DNA of 63,523 bases, the filler included, from Octopus bimaculoides (Eukaryota): the NCBI RefSeq assembly GCF_001194135.2. It is 9 parts of 9 records of this genome, joined end to end, with 100 filler letters (N's around TTAATTAATTAA, not from the genome) between each part and the next. Parts side by side here need not be neighbours in the genome. Positions count along the whole stretch, not along the records: positions 49,654 to 55,700 come from NC_068985.1; positions 55,801 to 58,215 come from NW_026352266.1; positions 58,316 to 62,074 come from NC_068986.1; positions 62,175 to 63,523 come from NC_068981.1; 5 more parts are not named here. The stretch is one strand, 5' to 3'. Under the pieces are notes generated by a model. It had not been told where the DNA came from and did no database searches. It saw only the letters and a list, made by a program, of their open reading frames with translations. Position 1 is the first letter of the stretch, and each line of letters opens with the position of its first letter. Shown here in pieces: positions 50,018-63,523 of the stretch. The translations under genes and the position numbers were made by a program.

Positions 50018-51925
50018 GCTATATTTCTAGTAAGACAGCTGCAGGAGAAATACCTAGCCAAAGATAAACATCTGTACCTGGCTTTCATTGACATGGAGAA
50101 AGCCTTTGACAGGATCCTCCAGTCCCTTATCTGGTAGTCAATGAGGAAACTAGGGATAGATGAATGGTTAGTGAGAGCTGTGCGAGCCATGTACTGGGAC
50201 GCTGTCAGTAAGGTCAAGGTTGGCAGCGAGTACAGTGAAAAATTCCGGGTAGAGGTAGGGGTCCACCAAGGTTCAGTCCTCAACCCCCTCCTATTTATCA
50301 TAGTCCTCCAGGCAATAACACAGGAATTCAAGACAGGTTGCCCCTGGGAGCTCCTCTATGCTGATGACCTTGCTCTAATTGCTGAATCACTATCAGAACT
50401 AGAGGAGAAATTTCAAGGAATAGAATCGAAGGGCTTTAGAGTCAACCTAGCTAAAACCAAAGTCCTAATAAGTAGAAAGGTAGACAAACCACAAACCCCT
50501 TCAGGTAGATGGCCCTGCTCGATCTGTAGAAAAGGCGTAGGTAGAAACTCTTGCAGATGTACCCAGTGTAAGCTATGGACACATAATAGGTGCAGCAATG
50601 TCAAAGGAAGACTAACTAGCAAGATAGATTTTGTATGTTGCAGATGCTCAGGAGCAATAAACACTGAAAGTGTGCAGAGAACAACTTCTGCCACATTCCA
50701 GAGAGAAAAACTAGAAGTAGTTGATAGCGTCCGTTACCTAGGTGACCAAGTTAGTAGCGGGGGAGGGTGCACTGAAAGTGTAGCTGCTAGAATAAGAATA
50801 GCCTGGGCAAAGTTCAGAAAGCTCTTACCTCTGCTGGTGACAAAGGGCCTCTCGCTTAGAGTAAAAGGCAGACTGTATGACGCATGTGTATGGACAGCCA
50901 TGCTACATGGCAGTGAAATATGGGCCGTGACTGCTGAGGACATGCGTAAGCTCGCAAGCAATGAAGCCAGTATGCTCCGCTGGATGTGTAATGTCAGTGT
51001 GCATACTTGATAGTGTAAGTACCTTGACAGAAAAGTTGGATCTAAGAAGCATCAATTGTGGTGTGCAAGAGAGATGATTGCGCTAGTATGGTCACTTGGC
51101 GAGAATGGATGAGGATAGCTGTGTGAAAAAGTACCATAGCCTATCAGTTGAGGGTACCTGTGGAAGAGGTAAACCCAGGAAGACCTGGGCTGAGGTGGTG
51201 AAGCACGACCTGAGGAAATATGCTGTGCATTAGAAGACCCGGCAAGACAAGTGAGACCATAACCCGTGGCCTTAACAAGGGGGTGGCCAGCCCACTTATG
51301 CCTACCTTTCCTTCTTTGGACACAAAACACTGCTTGTGAAGACCTGTTGAGGCAAGTGAAATCGAAATCGAAATTGAACCAAATTTGATGACTGGCACCT
51401 CAACTTTCCTCATTGGACACTAAACTCTGCTTGGGAAGACCAGTTGGGGCAAGTGAGATTGAAACTGAACCAAATTTGATGACTGGCACCCATGCCAGTG
51501 GATCGCTAACAGCAACATCCGAACGGGATCACTGCCAGAGCAGTGGTCTCGCTCCTGTGCCGGTGGCACGTAAAAAGCACCATTTCAGAATGATCATTTT
51601 CAGCATCGCCTTACTGGCACTTGTACCGGTGGCATGTGAACAAAACATTGGCTGACTCCTGTGCAGGTGGCACATAAAAAACACCATTTTGAGTATAGCT
51701 GTTGCAAGTACTGCGGCACTGGCCCTCATGCCGGTTGCGCATAAAAAGCACCCATTACACTCTTGGAGTGGTTGGCATTAGGAAGGGCATCCAGCTGTAG
51801 AAACTCTGCCAGATCAGATTGGAGTCTGGTGTAGCCATCTGCTTCGCCAGTCCCCAGTCAAATCGTCCAACCCATGCTAGCATGGAAAGCGGACGTTAAG
51901 TGATGATGATGATGATGATGATGAT
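50018..51925 (+). mobile_element. RTE LINE, 5'-truncated, with complete 3' end and (GAT)n tail
   Basis: The 289-aa ORF 50141-51010 has VHQGSVLNPLLF, LYADDL, a Zn finger and VDSVRYLG. It is followed by a modular 3' UTR. Confidence 0.95.
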
Positions 51926-53862
51926 TACAGTGAAGAATTCCAGGTAGAGGTAGGGGTCCACCAAGGTTCAGTCCTCAGCCCCCTCCTATTTATCATAGTC
52001 CTCCAGGCAATAACACAGGAATTCAAGACAGGTTGCCCCCGGGAGCTCCTCTATGCTGATGACCTTGCTCTAATTGCTGAATCACTATCAGAACCAGAGG
52101 AAAAATTTCAGGTGTGGAAGCAAGGACTAGAATTGAAGGGCCTTAGAGTCAACCTAGCTAAAACCAAAGTCCTAATAAGTAGGAAGGTAGAAAAAACATA
52201 AACTCCCTGCTCGATCTGTAGAAAAGGCATAGGTAGAAACTCTATAAGATGCACCCAGTGCAAGCTATGGACACATAAGAGGTGCAGCAATATAAAAGGA
52301 AGGTTAACTAGGAAGTTAGTTTTTGTATGTGGCAGATGCTCGGGAGCAATAAACACTGTAAATGTGCAGAAAACAACTTCTGTCACATTCCAGGGAGAAA
52401 AACTAGATGTAGTTGATAGCTTCCGCTATCTGGGTGACCAAATTAGTAGTGAGGGAGGGTGCACTGAAAGTGTAGCTGCTAGAATAAGAATAGCCTGGGC
52501 AAAGTTTNNNNNNNNNNNNNNNNNNNNNNNNNNNNNNNNNNNNNNNNNNNNNNNNNNNNNNNNNNNNNNNNNNNNNNNNNNNNNNNNNNNNNNNNNNNNN
52601 NNNNNNNNNNNNNNNNNNNNNNNNNNNNNNNNNNNNNNNNNNNNNNNNNNNNNNNNNNNNNNNNNNNNNNNNNNNNNNNNNNNNNNNNNNNNNNNNNNNN
52701 NNNNNNNNNNNNNNNNNNNNNNNNNNNNNNNNNNNNNNNNNNNNNNNNNNNNNNNNNNNNNNNNNNNNNNNNNNNNNNNNNNNNNNNNNNNNNNNNNNNN
52801 NNNNNNNNNNNNNNNNNNNNNNNNNNNNNNNNNNNNNNNNNNNNNNNNNNNNNNNNNNNNNNNNNNNNNNNNNNNNNNNNNNNNNNNNNNNNNNNNNNNN
52901 NNNNNNNNNNNNNNNNNNNNNNNNNNNNNNNNNNNNNNNNNNNNNNNNNNNNNNNNNNNNNNNNNNNNNNNNNNNNNNNNNNNNNNNNNNNNNNNNNNNN
53001 NNNNNNNNNNNNNNNNNNNNNNNNNNNNNNNNNNNNNNNNNNNNNNNNNNNNNNNNNNNNNNNNNNNNNNNNNNNNNNNNNNNNNNNNNNNNNNNNNNNN
53101 NNNNNNNNNNNNNNNNNNNNNNNNNNNNNNNNNNNNNNNNNNNNNNNNNNNNNNNNNNNNNNNNNNNNNNNNNNNNNNNNNNNNNNNNNNNNNNNNNNNN
53201 NNNNNNNNNNNNNNNNNNNNNNNNNNNNNNNNNNNNNNNNNNNNNNNNNAAAATCCAAGGCCTCTGCCAGGGATGTAGCCAGCCCACGCATACCTTTCCT
53301 CCATTGGACACTAAACTCTGCTTGTGAAGACCTGTTGAGACAAGTGAAATCGAAATCGAACTAAATTTGACGACTGGCCCTCATGCCAATGTTTCCTTCA
53401 TTGGACACTAAACTCTGCTTGCAAAGACCTGTTGGGGCAAGCGAAAGCGAAAGTGAAATCGTGATGGCACCACTGTTTGAGCGTGATCATTACCAGCATC
53501 GCCGTCCTGGCACTTGTGCAGCAGCCTCACATTCCTGGCACTTGTGCCGGTGGCACATGAAAAGTCATTTGAGTGAGATCGTTGCCAGTTCCGCTGGATT
53601 GGATCCTGTGCAGGTGGCACGTAAAATATAGCATTTTGAGCGTGGCCATTGCCAGTACCGCCTGACTGGCCTTCGTGCCGGTGACACGTAAAAGCACCCA
53701 CTACACTCTCGGAGTGGTTGGCGTTAGGAAGGGCATCCAGCTGTAGAAACTCTGCCAAATCAGATTGGAGCCTGGTGTAGCCATCTGGTTCACCAGTCCT
53801 CAGTCAAATCATCCAACCCATGCTAGCATGGAAAGCGGACGTTAAACGATGATGATGATGAT
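51926..53862 (+). mobile_element. Second 5'-truncated RTE LINE directly after the (GAT)n tail of the first
   Basis: Starts tacagtgaagaattccagg mid-RT and ends with the same 3' UTR and (GAT)n. The middle is gapped. Confidence 0.9.
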
Positions 53863-54089
53863 ATACAACAGGCTTCTTTCAGTTTCTATCTACCAAATCC
53901 ACTGACAAGAAGCTTGTCATATATATTTATGTACAACAGGCTTCTTTCAGTTTCCATCTACCAAATCTACTCATAAGGCTTTGGTTGGCCTGAGGCTATA
54001 ATAGAAGACACTTGCCCAAGGTTCTGAGGTTGATTTGCTCAACTAAAGTTAAATGTCTGAAACAAGTAAAGGAATAAAAGAATAAAAAC

Positions 54090-55300
54090 ACGCTTCCCCT
54101 AAACAAATAAGTGCAGCAAAATATTCAACAGGTATACCTTGAGAATTTCCTTTGGTTGTGCACCCAATGTAAAATAATTTTAGTAGGTAGGCCCACACCT
54201 GAGACAGAGACAGAATGTTCCTGTTGGGGTAACACAACTTGTCCACTGAATGACCACTGTAACATGGAGACCATTGTATATGAGGTAGTGGTAACAGCCA
54301 CAGGGCAAATGGGCAACCAAACATGTGACAGTATGTGGGAACAACTGAAGGTTCCTTCAGAATCTGCTATAATAGCTACAAGTCCTCCTTCAACATCCTG
54401 GAGAGACGTAACACAACCCTGGCCAAGCACATACGGTCTTTGAAAGAAAGCACTACTGAGTACAGCATAAATTGAAAGATTGTGGAGAAATGTAAAGTGC
54501 ACTTCAGTAGCAGCAGGAGGTGCAGGTTATGCCTGACAGAGAAAAGAACAATTTTAAAGAGCACCCAACACCCAAACATTTATCTGAATAGCAGAAGTGA
54601 AATTTTTAATCTTTGCCTAAATGAAAGGAAATACATTCTATCATACCTGCATACCCCGTCATGACTATGATCATCAGTCCCCCATCTTCGGCACTTCACC
54701 AATACCTGGGAGTTTGGCAAAGAGTTTGACCAGAACATTCACTAACACACCTGCAAACAAACACACATGCCCCAACATGGCAGACACCTACCTAATTCAC
54801 TCCCCCTCCCACCAATATAAGCTCCCACACATATTGTACCCCTACACACACGACATGCACACATAGAGGGTCTCATGAATTTAGTCAATACATAAAAGAA
54901 AGGAAACACTAATGCCCATACCCCCTACAAAGGTTATACATATCGTATGACTACACAAATTCCATTTCCACAAAGACACCATCCTTAAAGACACATGCAT
55001 TTCTCTCCAACTTTTCCAGAGAACTCTTGCTAACTTGCAACAAAACCACCCCGTGTTGATGTTTTGGTACCAAGGGACATAAATCTTAACTCAATCTCCT
55101 GCTTGATTCGTTTCATCACCTCTTTCACAGCAACCACAAACCAGATGTGTCTATTCGCTTCCAACAATAGAGAGCAGTCACCATATTACATTCTATAATG
55201 GCTACCTCTGATGAGCGCAGGGTTACATAATTGGACTATTACATAACACTCTGTTGAACCCCTAGTGTAAAATCGATTGGAAAGATTGGCTGTAATGGAT
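54090..55300 (+). mobile_element. Penelope-like element 3' part (GIY-YIG endonuclease and UTR), second family
   Basis: Frameshifted CPLNDHCNMETIVYEVVVTA...YVGTTEGSF...LAKHI...WKIVEKCKVHFSSSRRCRLCLTEKRTIL...LNSRSEIFNLC. A CTGATGA hammerhead-like box lies at 55208. Confidence 0.82.
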
Positions 55301-55339
55301 ATATAACACTGTGAATATATGTATATGTGTGTGTGTATA

Positions 55340-55700
55340 TAGGAGGCGCAATGGCCCAGTGGTTAGGGTAGCAGACTCGCAGTCATAGGATCGCGGTTTC
55401 AATTCCCAGACCGGATGTTGTGAGTGTTTATTGAGCAAAAACATGAGGCTCCGGCAGGGGATGGTGGCGAACCCTGGTGTACTCTTTCGCCACAACTTTC
55501 TCTCACTCTTACTTCCTGTTTCTGTTGTGCCTGTAATTCAAAGGGTCAGCCTTGTCACACTGTGTCACGCTGAATATCCCCAAGAACTACATTAAGGGTA
55601 CATGTGTCTGTGGAGTGCTCAGCCACTTGCACATTAATTTCACGAGCAGGCTGTTCCGTTGATCGGATCAACTGGAACCATCGACGTCGTAAGCGATGGA
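55340..55700 (+). mobile_element. SINE family B
   Basis: GGAGGCGCAATGGCCCAGTGG head. The 3' end runs into a gap. Confidence 0.9.
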
Positions 55701-55800
55701 NNNNNNNNNNNNNNNNNNNNNNNNNNNNNNNNNNNNNNNNNNNNTTAATTAATTAANNNNNNNNNNNNNNNNNNNNNNNNNNNNNNNNNNNNNNNNNNNN

Positions 55801-55976
55801 AATACACTAAAAAGAACTATAATAAAATACAAAGTAATAATTATTAAAATGATAAAATGACTACATGTGTTTCATAACCACATTTTCAACTAGAAAATAA
55901 GATAAAATCAAATCAATTAAAATAAATCGATCGAATATCAATTCTATTAAAAAATATAGCTAATCTTCGGGTCAAA

Positions 55977-56013
<37 letters not shown>

Positions 56014-57700
56014 TATCAACTAATAATAAATAACAAATTAATTTATATAAGAATACTTATTTTATCAATAAGTAAAAGTACTTATTTTACTCATAAATAA
56101 AAGAAAAATATTTACTTAGGTTTTAAATTTCCATAAAATGCTTATAATACAGTTAATTTCTTTATTATGATTTAAGTTATAATACATTTTGATTTTATAA
56201 TTTAAATTTTCTTTCTTGATTTTATAAATAAAACTTCCATTCATGCTTATATATCTGTTCATTCTATTCCTTTTCTTTATGCCATATTTTCATGTGACTT
56301 CATTCTAATAAACGCTAAGTTAATAGTATAAAGTTTAAAATTTTAGTTTAAACTAAAGATTCGATGAGATAAGTTTTGCATTTATTTTCAATAATAGTGT
56401 TAAATGTCTTTCTTTTATTTATTGTTAGCTGATATCCTATTTGTGTGTTTGTGTGTGTTTGTGTGTGTGTGTGTGTGTGTATCTATGTGTATACATATAT
56501 ATATATGTATATATATATNNNNNNNNNNNNNNNNNNNNNNNNNNNNNNNNNNNNNNNNNNNNNNNNNNNNNNNNNNNNNNNNNNNNNNNNNNNNNNNNNN
56601 NNNNNNNNNNNNNNNNNNNNNNNNNNNNNNNNNNNNNNNNNNNNNNNNNNNNNNNNNNNNNNNNNNNNNNNNNNNNNNNNNNNNNNNNNNNNNNNNNNNN
56701 NNNNNNNNNNNNNNNNNNNNNNNNNNNNNNNNNNNNNNNNNNNNNNNNNNNNNNNNNNNNNNNNNNNNNNNNNNNNNNNNNNNNNNNNNNNNNNNNNNNN
56801 NNNNNNNNNNNNNNNNNNNNNNNNNNNNNNNNNNNNNNNNNNNNNNNNNNNNNNNNNNNNNNNNNNNNNGTAAGCCTAGTACTTATTCTATCGGTCTCTT
56901 TTGCCGAACCGCTAAGTGACGGAGACATAAACACACCAGCATCGGTTGTCAAGCAATGCTAGGGGGACAAACACACACACACAAACACACACACATATAC
57001 ATATATATATATATACATATATACGACGGGCTTCTTTCAGTTTCCGTCTACCAAATCCACTCACAAGGCTTTGGTCGGCCCGAGGCTATAGTAGAAGACA
57101 CTTGCCCAAGGTGCCACGCAGTGGGACTGAACCCGGAACCATGTGGTTGATAAGCAAGCTACTTACCACACAGCCACTCCTGTGCCTATCGGTAAAATAA
57201 GTATTTTTATATAAATTCATTCATTGTTAGTTAATATTCTAATAAACGCTAAGTTAATAGTATAACGTTTATAATTTTAGTTTAACCTAAAACTTTGATA
57301 AGATAAGTATTGCATTTAATTTCAATAATATCATTAAATATTTTTATTTTATTTATTGGTAACATAAGTACTTTTACTTATTGTTAAAATAAGTGTTTTT
57401 ATATCAATTCCTTTGTTATTTATTGCTAGTTGATATATATACATTCATTTTATTATTATTATTGTTTTTTGACCCGAAGATTAGCTATATTAATGTTCTC
57501 TTTTAATAGTTTAGTTCACCATTATATTATATGTTAATTCAAATCATTCATTTTATCAGTTTCTTAAACCTTGATGAGTCCATCATTATATACCATGTAA
57601 ATTCTTTACATTAATCATATAATAAATGTTATCTCTCATGTGTCCTTTAAATGATATTAGATATATAAGTCTGATTTTAGAATTTTAGTCCAATATATAT
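55801..57700. repeat. Extremely AT-rich block with internal direct and inverted duplications, interrupted by a SINE
   Basis: 56303-56405 recurs directly at about 57236-57340. 55955-56085 recurs inverted at about 57362-57492. Confidence 0.7.
56430..57190 (-). mobile_element. SINE family A (partly gapped, rearranged 3' half)
   Basis: The 5' head and body at 56870-57190 are homologous to other family A copies. Confidence 0.85.
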
Positions 57701-58315
57701 AAAAAAAAATTTATTTCACAATTATCTATAGTTCCTTATATTGGTGTAAATAAGTCTAAATGTACTTTACCATAGCATTTTAAATTAATACCACTTCATA
57801 GTTTTTGCATACTGCATTAATTGATTATTTACATTATTATACACTATTTCTTTTTATTTCATTATTAATTTATAATTAGCTTTTATTTATTCACATATTA
57901 ATTAAGCAAATATTGGTATCTCAAGTATTTCAAACTTAACATATGTAAAACATTATTGATACATTATTCTGATTAATGAAAACTATAAATAACCATTTAC
58001 TGTACCTGTACACAATATAGCAACTTTATTTTATATACTTTTGACCTAAGTGCCTTATGATAATACTTCCCCTGCTCCATTATAAACTGGTCTGCTAGCA
58101 GAGAACCCTCACCCTATAGTAGTTTGTCACTAAACCCTAAGAAATTTTATAACTATATCATCTCAGTTTACTGTCTATACTGTTTACCCCTTTCCCTACA
58201 AAGAAAATGCCAGTGNNNNNNNNNNNNNNNNNNNNNNNNNNNNNNNNNNNNNNNNNNNNTTAATTAATTAANNNNNNNNNNNNNNNNNNNNNNNNNNNNN
58301 NNNNNNNNNNNNNNN

Positions 58316-58665
58316 GGTCCGTAGTCATCGCCTCGGTGAGGCCCAATGTACGAAGGTCTTGCCTCACCACCTCAGCCCAGGTCTTCCTGGGCCTACCTCT
58401 TCCACGGGTTCCCTCAACTGTTAGGGTGTGGCACTTTTTCACGCAGCTATCCTCCTCCATTCTCACCACATGTCCATACCAGCGCAATCGTCTCTCTTGC
58501 ACGCCACAACTGATGCTTCTAATGTTCAGCTTTTCTCTCAAGATACTTACACTCTGACGGGTATTCACATTGACATTACACATCCAACGGAGCATACTGG
58601 CTTCATTCCTTGCGAGCTTACGTATGTCCAACGGAGCATACTGGCTTCATTCCTTGCGAGCTTAC
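58316..58665 (-). mobile_element. RTE LINE C-terminal fragment
   Basis: RKLARNEASMLRWMC...QERRLRWYGHVVRMEEDSCVKK...GRGRPRKTW. Its 5' end abuts (TA)n. Confidence 0.9.
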
Positions 58666-58668
58666 GTA

Positions 58669-58702
<34 letters not shown>

Positions 58703-59792
58703 TATATATATGTATGTGAGTTCTTAGGTATATATGTATATATATATATATGTGTGTGTATTTATATACATACAAATGCATATATATATATAACCTATAC
58801 ATACAGGTGGATGTTGGTATGCACATACCTGTACGTATATATGCATATACTCATTTACTATTTGTTTTTACATGACTGAACGCAGCGTCTCCAATTGTAA
58901 GTAGTTTTCGTAACTTCATATTTTCCGACGCTACTTTATTTCTTTCTCTTTCTCTTCCTCTATCATTTTTCCCCCTCTCGTTCTTCCTCTTTACTACTAC
59001 GTATCTCGCTTTACCCCTCTCGTTCTTCCTCTGTTACTACTACGTATCTCTTTTTTCCCCCTCGTACTTCCTCTCTTTCTCTTTTCCTTTCGTTGCTCAC
59101 CTATTCTTCTACTTCCTCCCTTTGTTTCTCCCTCTACCACTCTCTCTTCCCCTCGTTCTTCCTCTTTACNNNNNNNNNNNNNNNNNNNNNNNNNNNNNNN
59201 NNNNNNNNNNNNNNNNNNNNNNNNNNNNNNNNNNNNNNNNNNNNNNNNNNNNNNNNNNNNNNNNNNNNNNNNNNNNNNNNNNNNNNNNNNNNNNNNNNNN
59301 NNNNNNNNNNNNNNNNNNNNNNNNNNNNNNNNNNNNNNNNNNNNNNNNNNNNNNNNNNNNNNNNNNNNNNNNNNNNNNNNNNNNNNNNNNNNNNNNNNNN
59401 NNNNNNNNNNNNNNNNNNNNNNNNNNNNNNNNNNNNNNNNNNNNNNNNNNNNNNNNNNNNNNNNNNNNNNNNNNNNNNNNNNNNNNNNNNNNNNNNNNNN
59501 NNNNNNNNNNNNNNNNNNNNNNNNNNNNNNNNNNNNNNNNNNNNNNNNNNNNNNNNNNNNNNNNNNNNNNNNNNNNNNNNNNNNNNNNNNNNNNNNNNNN
59601 NNNNNNNNNNNNNNNNNNNNNNNNNNNNNNNNNNNNNNNNNNNNNNNNNNNNNNNNNNNNNNNNNNNNNNNNNNNNNNNNNNNNNNNNNNNNNNNNNNNN
59701 NNNNNNNNNNNNNNNNNNNNNNNNNNNNNNNNNNNNNNNNNNNNNNNNNNNNNNNNNNNNNNNNNNNNNNNNNNNNNNNNNNNNNNNNNNNN

Positions 59793-59843
<51 letters not shown>

Positions 59844-60479
59844 ATATGTATGTATGTATGTATACTTGCACACTGTCACACATACAGAGGCATACGCATA
59901 CGCATGTGCGATTCATATGCAGAGTATTTAATATCCGCAGACGTAGTGGAGAACGTTGTACAATATTGCTATTTCAACATGTCTGATGAGGGAACGTATT
60001 TTCCCCCTCTTTTCTGTCTGCTTGACTGAGAAAGTGGGGCAGCACCTTTTCTTTGCGCTTGGATATCATATTAGAATTTACGATGCAGAAGTGAAGAGAT
60101 TCCAAGCAATCGTAGAGAAAATATATCTCTGCAGTACTGTACTTCCTATTATATAAATTTGAACTAAATTTGAACCAAGAAGCTTTACTTTCATCAAATA
60201 TCAACAAGATAATTCTTTAATGCTTTTATTGTTGTTTTATATGTTTCAGTCACTTGACTGCGGCTAAGCCGTAGCATCGTCTTGTATATTGTTCATTTTT
60301 GTAAGATACCGCTGGCAGAGAGATTATATAAAATCGTGCCTGATATAAACAATAAAGTGAAGTTATGTAAGTGAAGATATGTATATAAACGGCAGTGACA
60401 TGGGAGATGCCACTCATATACAAATATAGATACAGGCATAACTGTCTTGTTAAGAAGCCTGTTTTGCAAGTATGAGGTA

Positions 60480-61434
<955 letters not shown>

Positions 61435-61505
61435 NNNNNNNNNNNNNNNNNNNNNNNNNNNNNNNNNNNNNNNNNNNNNNNNNNNNNNNNNNNNNNNNNN
61501 NNNNN

Positions 61506-61569
<64 letters not shown>

Positions 61570-61623
61570 CATACATATAAAAAATATATATACATGTTCA
61601 GATATTGATATTCATTTATTTAT

Positions 61624-61665
<42 letters not shown>

Positions 61666-61989
61666 GAATTGATAGACAGATAGATAAAGATAAAGAAACA
61701 GATAAAGATATATCGTCTTTAGACCATCAACAGAATTATTTTACGTTTAATTATTTACAAAGCTTAGCAAAACATCAATGATGATAAGAATAAGACTTTC
61801 GATCTCCTGTATGTGTCAATTAGTTTCAGTGGTTGCACAAACTTATTCACTTGTTCACGCACACGCACAAACACGCACGGACATATCGAAAATAATACCA
61901 ATCAATCAGTGTTTAAGTAAATCAATCAGCCTGATAAAATAAAATGGATTACCCATTTATCTCTTTTTTTACTTTACATTTCTTCGGAA

Positions 61990-62074
<85 letters not shown>

Positions 62075-62174
62075 NNNNNNNNNNNNNNNNNNNNNNNNNN
62101 NNNNNNNNNNNNNNNNNNTTAATTAATTAANNNNNNNNNNNNNNNNNNNNNNNNNNNNNNNNNNNNNNNNNNNN

Positions 62175-62219
<45 letters not shown>

Positions 62220-63090
62220 ACACACACATATATATGAGGGAGTATACAGACTCACAAATTTATCACTGTCTTAGAGAGAACCACACACGCAGATAGAGGT
62301 ACGTGTAAGATGGGTCGTTTGTTCTAAGCTGCTGCCTATTTATGTATATTTTTGATACTTATGGTTCAATATAGATCGGCTTCAACTAGCCCCCCACGCT
62401 TCTACCTCATTATTTGTCTGTCAGCCTGCCTGTCTGTCTGCCTAGACGCTACCTCTACGTCCATACGTATGTATGTATGTATGTATGTATGTATGTAGTT
62501 CTCTTATCATCTCCTTTATGCATACATTAATTACTTATATGCATAAACGTACGCCAAAAGAAGCACGCACTCACACACACACATATATATAGACATTTGT
62601 GTATTAACATATGTAAAGGCAGAAATGTGTATACACACAGAGAAACACATACACATACACTTAGACACATTTACAGGTATGTATGCATATATATGTATAT
62701 ATACGATATGTTAACTACGTAGAATTTANNNNNNNNNNNNNNNNNNNNNNNNNNNNNNNNNNNNNNNNNNNNNNNNNNNNNNNNNNNNNNNNNNNNNNNN
62801 NNNNNNNNNNNNNNNNNNNNNNNNNNNNATAAACTGATTTATTGTTTTATAAACAAGGAAATAAAATATTTCTTGTTATAATAGTATGGCGGATGGTTTC
62901 GTAATACCCGCATATTATTCTACATAATCCTTTTAATCGTTTCGCATCTCATATGTTATATCGCTACTCGGAGACATCCCTGTACCATCACGCGACGCTG
63001 GAGGTGTGTAGTGCAAGGTGTACGTATCCTTAGAACGGCGGTAGAGTAACAGCTGCGTGCAATAATACAGGAGCAAGGATACACATACAA

Positions 63091-63124
<34 letters not shown>

Positions 63125-63189
63125 CCCCCCACACACACACACACAAATATATATGCCTGCACTTATGCATATATTTATTCTATTTTATT

Positions 63190-63400
63190 CTTTCAATTGT
63201 TTCAGTCATTTGACTACAGTCATGCTGGAGCAGCACTTTTAGTCACGCAAATCTACCCCAGGACTTATTCTTTGCAAGTCTAATACTTATTCTCTCGCTT
63301 TCCTATGCTGAACCGCTAAGTTACGGAGATGCAAACACACCAGCCTCAAGCGATGGTGGGGAGACAAATACAGACACAGAAATACATGTATATATATATT
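63190..63400 (-). mobile_element. SINE family A, 3' half
   Basis: Reverse complement of the family A tail and body. Confidence 0.8.
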
Positions 63401-63479
63401 ATATATACACGATGGTTGATAAGCGATGGTGAAGGCACAAACACAGACACACAAACATTTATATATATACATACATACG

Positions 63480-63523
<44 letters not shown>

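Noticed and set aside
55801-58215. Mitochondrial insertion (NUMT) explanation for the AT-rich block
   Set aside because: No mitochondrial tRNA, rRNA or protein sequence was recognised.
2417-59986. Long ORFs of 130-470 aa in the ORF track
   Set aside because: Their length comes from reading through N gaps (X runs).
59945-60000. CTGATGA-GGGAA...TTCCC as a fifth permuted hammerhead
   Set aside because: A GACG-TA and GAAC-GTT arrangement lies upstream, but stem I does not pair and the spacing does not fit the four accepted copies.

Overview
Eukaryotic, AT-rich, repeat-dense window of mostly intronic or intergenic DNA, with many N gaps. The tRNA-derived SINEs with internal (TA)n/(CA)n, dense microsatellites and RTE LINEs suggest an octopod (Octopus-like) draft assembly; this is inference. 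The only confidently coding host sequence is one alkaline phosphatase exon (508-699, minus strand). The rest is decayed mobile DNA: R4/Dong, RTE, CRE and Ingi/Vingi-like non-LTR retrotransposons, Penelope-like elements (PLEs), Tigger/pogo, mariner, Tc1-like and hAT DNA transposons, and three SINE families. The main finding is four hammerhead-ribozyme-like motifs in different repeat contexts, at about 6.3, 10.8, 23.6 and 43.0 kb. All four carry the catalytic boxes in the same non-circularly permuted order: stem III-UH-stem I, then stem II-GAAA-stem III, then stem I-CUGANGA-stem II. They share near-identical spacing, have compensatory helices and carry an extra fourth helix. Canonical type I PLE hammerheads, long hairpins and nested insertions are also present. 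All coordinates and pairings were read by eye; no searches were run.
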